Of a stretch of DNA of 28,915 nucleotides, positions 23,901-28,915 are shown piece by piece. The notes beneath the pieces were generated by a model, which worked only from the letters and a program-made list of their open reading frames with translations, was not told where the DNA came from and ran no database searches. The stretch's first letter is position 1, and each line of letters opens with the position of its first letter. The position numbers were made by a program, and so were the translations under genes. This DNA is from a virus (lineage: Duplodnaviria > Caudoviricetes): positions 1 to 28,915 of IMG/VR virus record IMGVR_UViG_3300032289_000750; one strand, 5' to 3'.

Positions 23901-26691
23901 ATACATTAAATCCAGGATGGAAAAAGAAGCACAAGTCTGGGATATGGATGCCACTGTCGGTCTTGAACCACGCCTTGATACGCCTAAAGCACGCCGTGCT
24001 GCAAAGCGCATGGCTGGTAAGCAGGCTCGTTTACAAAAGAAAGACTACGCAGTTTCTCCTTATTACACAGAAGATTCAGTTAATGCAATGATTAACAATG
24101 GCGTTGAAGATGCTGCTGCTAATCTTGCTCGTGACTATGCACAATCTCATGCTCACTTAGATGATTTGTTCTCACGCTTAGGTGCTGTTATTGACCGTGC
24201 AGAATCAACTACAGTCAAACAGCGTACAGGTTATGGAACTTTTAACTATGAAGCAAACGGTATTAACTACACATTGCCTAGGGCTTTTGAAGAAGCATCA
24301 TGGTTCCTTGGTCGCACATCTGCTGAAAGCACATGGAACGCATTAGTATCTTCACAAGAGATGGCGTTTATGGCAGGTATTGGTTCACGCTCAGTTCGCA
24401 CTATTGACCCTGCAGACCCTAAGTACTTTGAGGGTTGGGCAAACATTTTGAATATGCACTTCCGTGACCCTGAGTCAGGCATTATGGACCCAGTAGTTCG
24501 TAGGATTCTTGACGGTGAGGATAATGAAAAAATCCTTAATTGGTTCCGTACAAGCAAAGGTGCAATGTATGCAACAGAAGCCTACACACTTGTAGGTGCT
24601 GGCAAAGGTGTTACTAAGTTAAAAGGTGGCGAATTAGACGAACATCTTATGGCTAAGTTGCACGAAACTCGTCAAGCAGTTGCTTCTTATATTCCAGATA
24701 ATGAGACAGCGCTTATGCTCAGTGCTGCTAAAGAAACTGGCAAACCACTTTCTGGTGGAGAAGTACAACAGTTCCTTGTAGAACGCTTTGGTAAGAATCC
24801 TGAAAACTTGAAGCCACTCAACGGTATGTTAGTTACTTCATCAAAGGAATACAAAGACCAAGAGCGCATTATTGATACTATTAACCGCCGTGTTATGCGT
24901 TTCCTTGGCTCAATGCCAGAAGATACATTTGCTCGTCATCCTATGGTTACAATGGTATACGAAAAAGAACTTCGTTTAAACATTGCTGCTATGGCAGATG
25001 CTAAAGGTGTTGACCGTTTAACTCCAGATGAGATTAACCGTGCAGTATCTAATGCTCGTGAAACAGCACGCCAAGAAGTTGAGCGTACATTGTTCACTAT
25101 TGTTCGCCGTACTGGTGCATCATCTAGCCGTTCAGTAAAATTACTATTCCCGTTCTACGCAGCCTATGAGAATACTATTAAGCGCTGGGGCGGTATGGCT
25201 ATGGATAATCCACAGTTAGTTGCAACAGCAGCACGCACTATTGCACAAGTTGTTAATAGTCAGATGATTGTTGACCGTGATGGTAACCGTCTTACAAGTG
25301 CTGAGCAGTTACAAGAAAGCCAAGGTGCAAGCCTTGTTGTTAATGTACCGCAATCATTTATCAATGCATTGCCATCATCATGGAAACCAGTAGTTGAAAA
25401 CTCATTTAAGAGCATAAGCATCCCACTACAAAGCCTTGATGTAATTACACAAGGTCAACCAGGTAACCCAGGTTTTGGTCCATACGCCACCTTGCCTGCG
25501 TATTTAATTCTTTCGCAACGCCCTGAATTAGAAGATGCTTTTAAGCCTTTCTTCCCAGTAGGTTCTCCACAAAATGCAGTTGATATTTTTACTCCATCGG
25601 CTATACGCCGTCTTGCTACAGTATGGCGACAGGATGAACTTTATGTTCGTTCATATAACCAGATGCTTCGTTATGAGACTTATCTCTATAACCAAGGCAA
25701 GCGTACAGATGCTCCAACTCCGACAGAGATTAAGGATAAGACAAACAAGTTCTTTTTCCTTCGTGCTCTAACATCTATTTCAGCACCATTTGCTATTGCG
25801 CCTGAGGTTGATTTCTACGCCCAGACTTTCCGTCAATACCAGACTCAGTATGCTGACTACCGTGACCCAACTACTGGTGAGCGTGTATACGGCATGGCTG
25901 AGGCTAAGTTCCTAGAGCAGTATCCAGACTTCTTTGAAGCCACTGTGAGCCTGTCTAAGAACGAAGGAGGGCTAGAACCTAGCATCCAGACAGTACGCAA
26001 CCTACGCAAGCACAGTGACCTTATGGCATACGCCGAAGGTAAAGGTAACCCTGAGTTGATGGGCTTCTTGGCTGACGATGGCGACAACGCCTACACATTT
26101 AGCCAGGCTGCATATCAATGGCAATACAACAAAGGTGCCACCCCAGGTGGCGGTAGCACATACCGTCAAAACCGTACTCCAGGTGAGTTGCTTCGTGAAG
26201 CAAACATCAAGCGTGGTTGGGCTGAGTATCAACAACTAGAACAAGCAATCAATGCTTACAAGATTCAAAACGGAATAGCCGATGACAGTGACCCTGAAAT
26301 GGATATTGTTAAGCAGGCTAAGTCAATATGGATTCAACAGAAGGCAGGAGATAATCTTGACTGGTATTCCGAGTATGTATCCCCTGACCGTGCTAAGTAT
26401 GCACGCCGTGTTGATGTTCTTGAAAAAGCACTTAAAGATAAAAAATGGATGGCTCAAAATGGTGACCGTGCAGTAGTAAAGAGTATGGCTCTTTACCTAG
26501 AAGCACGAAATCAAATTGCAGAAATCCTTAAACAAAGAGATGCAGCGGGCGGTTCACGCAGTATAGATGCCAATTCAAACGCAGATGTTGCTGCAGCATT
26601 TGATATGTTTAGAACCAACTTAATCGCAGGAAGCCCTGAGTTTGAGCAATTCATCAATCGCTATTTTTCAAATGATACGGTGGTAATCTAA
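20902..26691 (+). CDS. Large (1929 aa) internal virion/ejection-type polyvalent protein with an ART-like domain
   Basis: Size, helical composition and location in the structural operon; internal LYHG...ATS.SP.VA..YA motif. Confidence 0.65.
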   Translation: MSWTDNLGKMAKGVADFTGIPGLIHDMSNTLSNDDPWYVDGLNLVKNVAKIGTTPVRGAVKGLFYVGEKSYEAGGVVREKMVENLLDTPLMYNKYKNPGESYENYLTRVASNKEQISLGQASLALLSPGKNAADRSGWFADALDNNLAFLSGGFDIFDANDRKVAFDDQFTGKFLSGTQDLIASTVIDPLTFTGFLGKGAVIASKGLMYENINGKLARAVFGKFAMTPEKMDNLLERSLKGEGAAVKDVEFLAQTDAKGQYGYWAKKKVTNPDALAYMFGKATTKEEVVAIFRAVMLKDTKAMSEIAEKDSEFALIFDNITDGPTHPQRQLMDGKLDGDVLTTPEYNNAVGSYIEDLKKTDPAFLASYEMVATGRPFRYGFEKQFLQDSRFSAVAKAKKMSARTFGDSESITYLKTSLHPLVKIVHFFNEEVPSGVFSVNDGNSYMEFNTFLRQTNDLSGNKFQEASRELADRYLGAASPADRLDIIKEAERRAINTLFPNYDQDTLDKIYKIYDARRASLIERHNNQGFLGYFDGDQFVNAKSPLLEREQANTVVIADLARLKQGVDAHERILPTVLQGIDVDNLAIRTQKSMAALDTINDIFKTSVLMRLGYTVRNLTEAQLSMMAKGFALPSMVASGGSAAVGRFFNNRKAGVNRIIDNVNVMTGKADDFNVIQNEISSQFDMLRSVDMGRQQLAKEVSTRIAELEGMRVGKTVRGFTQAITSDITGEAAITVAQAEKAAFEVELRTLKGVLADLESVTLYHGAPGSFELDKTRALATSASPAVARRYAEGGIIQSVEQYIPTPTGRPGRLGQKPTPEGGTLPSEKRADVLNEATLKLQSDMIDAVNAGKLVEYKDSAGQWKKIKSIDYETLVLAADTDEAEIVLFKNWSNRPIFRVGATKGNVQPYRVYGKPLYLQQWSDIPLELRDAAFGGKITNFKSWVKTKGWSDPSDPVFKYMRENGYGRAVVADDKRAGGLSHIALPESIGEKGRTAEVNAYIKSRMEKEAQVWDMDATVGLEPRLDTPKARRAAKRMAGKQARLQKKDYAVSPYYTEDSVNAMINNGVEDAAANLARDYAQSHAHLDDLFSRLGAVIDRAESTTVKQRTGYGTFNYEANGINYTLPRAFEEASWFLGRTSAESTWNALVSSQEMAFMAGIGSRSVRTIDPADPKYFEGWANILNMHFRDPESGIMDPVVRRILDGEDNEKILNWFRTSKGAMYATEAYTLVGAGKGVTKLKGGELDEHLMAKLHETRQAVASYIPDNETALMLSAAKETGKPLSGGEVQQFLVERFGKNPENLKPLNGMLVTSSKEYKDQERIIDTINRRVMRFLGSMPEDTFARHPMVTMVYEKELRLNIAAMADAKGVDRLTPDEINRAVSNARETARQEVERTLFTIVRRTGASSSRSVKLLFPFYAAYENTIKRWGGMAMDNPQLVATAARTIAQVVNSQMIVDRDGNRLTSAEQLQESQGASLVVNVPQSFINALPSSWKPVVENSFKSISIPLQSLDVITQGQPGNPGFGPYATLPAYLILSQRPELEDAFKPFFPVGSPQNAVDIFTPSAIRRLATVWRQDELYVRSYNQMLRYETYLYNQGKRTDAPTPTEIKDKTNKFFFLRALTSISAPFAIAPEVDFYAQTFRQYQTQYADYRDPTTGERVYGMAEAKFLEQYPDFFEATVSLSKNEGGLEPSIQTVRNLRKHSDLMAYAEGKGNPELMGFLADDGDNAYTFSQAAYQWQYNKGATPGGGSTYRQNRTPGELLREANIKRGWAEYQQLEQAINAYKIQNGIADDSDPEMDIVKQAKSIWIQQKAGDNLDWYSEYVSPDRAKYARRVDVLEKALKDKKWMAQNGDRAVVKSMALYLEARNQIAEILKQRDAAGGSRSIDANSNADVAAAFDMFRTNLIAGSPEFEQFINRYFSNDTVVI

Positions 26692-27038
26692 TGGCTGAAA
26701 AGAAAACTGTTGCTGAGCAACTTGCAGATGCAATTAAAACTGCACAGGCTAACAACTCTGGCAATGCAAAAGGTCCTGTTGTTACACGACAAGATGCCGA
26801 AGCAGATGTCCAGTCTTTGTTTACACAGATGTTTGGTCGCTCTGGCGTAGGTGTTGATTACAAGAAGGCTCTTAACATTTACCTTAGCCAATCTCAAGAC
26901 ACAGGTGCTCCTGGTCGTCAACAGGCTGTAATGTCATTTCTTCAAAGCACACCTGAGTTTGAGGCTCGTCAAGAGAATCGCTACCTAGATGCTATCTATA
27001 ACGCTATTCAGGCTGATGTACAGAAGGCGAGAAAGTAA
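26691..27038 (+). CDS. Hypothetical virion protein
   Basis: TAATG coupling on both sides. Confidence 0.7.
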   Translation: MAEKKTVAEQLADAIKTAQANNSGNAKGPVVTRQDAEADVQSLFTQMFGRSGVGVDYKKALNIYLSQSQDTGAPGRQQAVMSFLQSTPEFEARQENRYLDAIYNAIQADVQKARK

Positions 27039-28516
27039 TGGCTGAAACAATTACCCGTTACAACCGCCCAGATGCAGCACCTACTGCTGCCGAAAAATTA
27101 CGCCAAGAATACATGGGCTTGGAGCAAATTAGAAAAGCATTATCACGAGCCAAGGTTAACTCACCTGAGTATAAGAAAGCACTTGCTGCAAAAGTTGCTG
27201 CTGAAAAGCGTATTGCAGAATTAGAAAAAATTGACAAGGCTGAGCGTTCAACTATTGCTAATGAAAGAACTGCTAAAGAGCGTGCAAAACTTCAAGAAGA
27301 ATTACAGCGTGCAGAAGATTATGGAACACCAGCAGAAGTAACAAAGGCTAAGACAGCCCTTGAAACATACGATGGAAAAAATCCTTTTGTGGCACCAAGT
27401 GGAAATACTGAACTTCGTTATGGTCCAAAAGGCGAAAGCCTAGTACCAGGTACTCCCGCATACGAAAGCGGTTCTACCGTTAGACCAAAAGTAACAAGCA
27501 GTACAACAAATAAACCTGGTAGTTCTGGTAGTGGAGACATACAAGCAGGTCCTGGATACAAGCCAGGTGCTTCTACTGGTGACGGTGGTATACAGGCAGG
27601 TCCTGGATATAAACCAGATGCCAACAAAACTAAGACTGCTTGGATTGGTTACCTTGAGTCTACATTTAAAACATTGCCTAAAGAATACAAGGCTCAGATT
27701 GATAAGTTGTTTACAACTGCTAAGGCTGAGAATTGGACAGAAGTTACTTTTACAGAGGCTCTTAAACAAACTACTTGGTGGCAACAAACTCTACCTAGCC
27801 TGCGCTCTTTTTTTATTGAGACACATGACCCACGCAACGCTTCAACCTTTGCAGAAAAGTTAAATCTTAATACAGCAAATGTGGCTGCAAGTCTTGAGAA
27901 ACTGGGAATCCGTGCACAACAGATAGACCCAGTAACTGGCAAAGTAATTGATAACAACAAAACCATCCAAGGTATTGCAATGGATGCAATTAAAAATGGT
28001 TGGAACGATGTTCAAATTCTTCAACACCTAGGAGACAATGCTCAGTTGTTGTTTACTGGCGGTGGAACTATTGGTTCATCAGTAGATAACATTAAGAAGC
28101 AGGCTCTTAATTACGGCATTACTATTGACAACAACTATCTTAATACAATCCAGCGTTCACTCCTGGACCCAACAGATGGTCGTGACCAACAGTATTATCT
28201 TAACGAGATGAAGGCTCAGGCTATGGATTTGTATAAGCCATTTGCTTCTTCTATTAAAGAAGGTCGTTCATTATATGAGGTAACAAATAGTTATCGTAAT
28301 CAGATGGCTACATTACTTGAGGTTGACTCAACTAACCTTACATGGAAAGACCTTATGGCTAAGGTTGTAGACCCTACAACTGGTAATGCTCGTACCTTTG
28401 CTGACTTCAATAAGCAGGTTAAACAAGACCCATTATGGCAGTACACAAAAAACGCTAAAGAAACCTACTCAAATACGGCGCTTGATTTAATGAAGCAGTT
28501 TGGATTCATGGGCTAA
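27038..28516 (+). CDS. Putative internal virion protein
   Basis: 492 aa: coiled-coil N-terminus, Gly/Pro linker, helical C-terminus ending DP.WQYT.NA...FG. Confidence 0.6.
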   Translation: MAETITRYNRPDAAPTAAEKLRQEYMGLEQIRKALSRAKVNSPEYKKALAAKVAAEKRIAELEKIDKAERSTIANERTAKERAKLQEELQRAEDYGTPAEVTKAKTALETYDGKNPFVAPSGNTELRYGPKGESLVPGTPAYESGSTVRPKVTSSTTNKPGSSGSGDIQAGPGYKPGASTGDGGIQAGPGYKPDANKTKTAWIGYLESTFKTLPKEYKAQIDKLFTTAKAENWTEVTFTEALKQTTWWQQTLPSLRSFFIETHDPRNASTFAEKLNLNTANVAASLEKLGIRAQQIDPVTGKVIDNNKTIQGIAMDAIKNGWNDVQILQHLGDNAQLLFTGGGTIGSSVDNIKKQALNYGITIDNNYLNTIQRSLLDPTDGRDQQYYLNEMKAQAMDLYKPFASSIKEGRSLYEVTNSYRNQMATLLEVDSTNLTWKDLMAKVVDPTTGNARTFADFNKQVKQDPLWQYTKNAKETYSNTALDLMKQFGFMG

Positions 28517-28915
28517 TGGCACAACCAACTAAAGTAACAGTTAAAAAAGGCGACACAGTTAGTGCTATTGCCAAGGCTTCTGGCGTAAGCGTTGCTGCAG
28601 TTGCTGCTGCAAACCCACAAATTGCAAACCTTAGCAAAATCAATGTTGGTCAAAAGATTACTATACCTACAGTAACGCCTACTAAAACATCAGGCAGTAC
28701 TTATGCTGGTGGAGTAACTGGTGGAGCAAATCCGTTTACTGCTGGCTCTGGTGTCAATACAACAACACTTGAAGGAATTTTAAAAGCCTCTGGTGTAACC
28801 GCTGCTACGACTATTACATCTTCTGGTGCAGATGCTGCAGCAAAAGCAGCAGCAGATGCTGCAGCAAAAGCAGCAGCAGATGCTGCAGCAAAAGCAGCAG
28901 CAGATGCTGCAGCAA
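28516..28915 (+). CDS. LysM-domain virion protein, 3'-truncated (not in track)
   Basis: MAQPTKVTVKKGDTVSAIAKASGVSVAAVAAANPQIANLSKINVGQKITIP is a canonical LysM pattern. Confidence 0.88.
   Translation, partial: MAQPTKVTVKKGDTVSAIAKASGVSVAAVAAANPQIANLSKINVGQKITIPTVTPTKTSGSTYAGGVTGGANPFTAGSGVNTTTLEGILKASGVTAATTITSSGADAAAKAAADAAAKAAADAAAKAAADAAA
28828..28915 (+). repeat. 24-bp coding tandem repeat GCAGATGCTGCAGCAAAAGCAGCA (ADAAAKAA), at least 3.6 copies
   Basis: Exact copies start at 28828, 28852, 28876 and 28900 (the last is cut by the window end). Confidence 0.95.

Noticed and set aside
20902-26691. Tape measure protein or virion RNA polymerase
   Set aside because: No tail-tube/chaperone context or tape-measure repeats, and no RNA polymerase catalytic motifs were recognised.
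21258-27966. Many antisense and alternative-frame ORFs within the large structural genes
   Set aside because: Shadow ORFs expected from codon bias; they have no RBS or recognisable motifs.
1-28915. Alternative genetic code, DGR/retron reverse transcriptase, intron or intein
   Set aside because: Standard-code ORFs tile the window densely, and no RT (YxDD in context), intein or intron signatures were seen.

Overview
The window is about 29 kb of a tailed dsDNA phage genome, probably lytic and podovirus-like. The host is most likely an actinobacterium (whiB gene, M15-like lysin, split primase); low-GC freshwater acI/Nanopelagicales is an inference. Left to right: the end of a tail gene and the lysis cassette; three small leftward genes (HNH, FmdB-like zinc ribbon, Cys-rich); a rightward replication/transcription operon (PD-(D/E)XK exonuclease, helicase, glycosyltransferase, resolvase, split primase, sigma factor, dNMP kinase; no DNA polymerase seen); a leftward early region of about 17 mostly tiny genes ending in a transglycosylase and whiB; a non-coding divergence region that may hold the genome end; then terminase, portal and large internal virion proteins, one with an ADP-ribosyltransferase-like domain and one with LysM. 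The most striking signal is non-coding, in the early region. Six CRP-type boxes (TGTGA-N6-TCACA) occur there, five of them a fixed 10-11 bp upstream of a -35 hexamer. A second motif, TTAAGACA, is oriented with transcription, occurs about 22 times in 4.6 kb, is written into coding sequence (L-K-T) and is often fused to ribosome-binding sites. All calls are by eye; no database searches were run.
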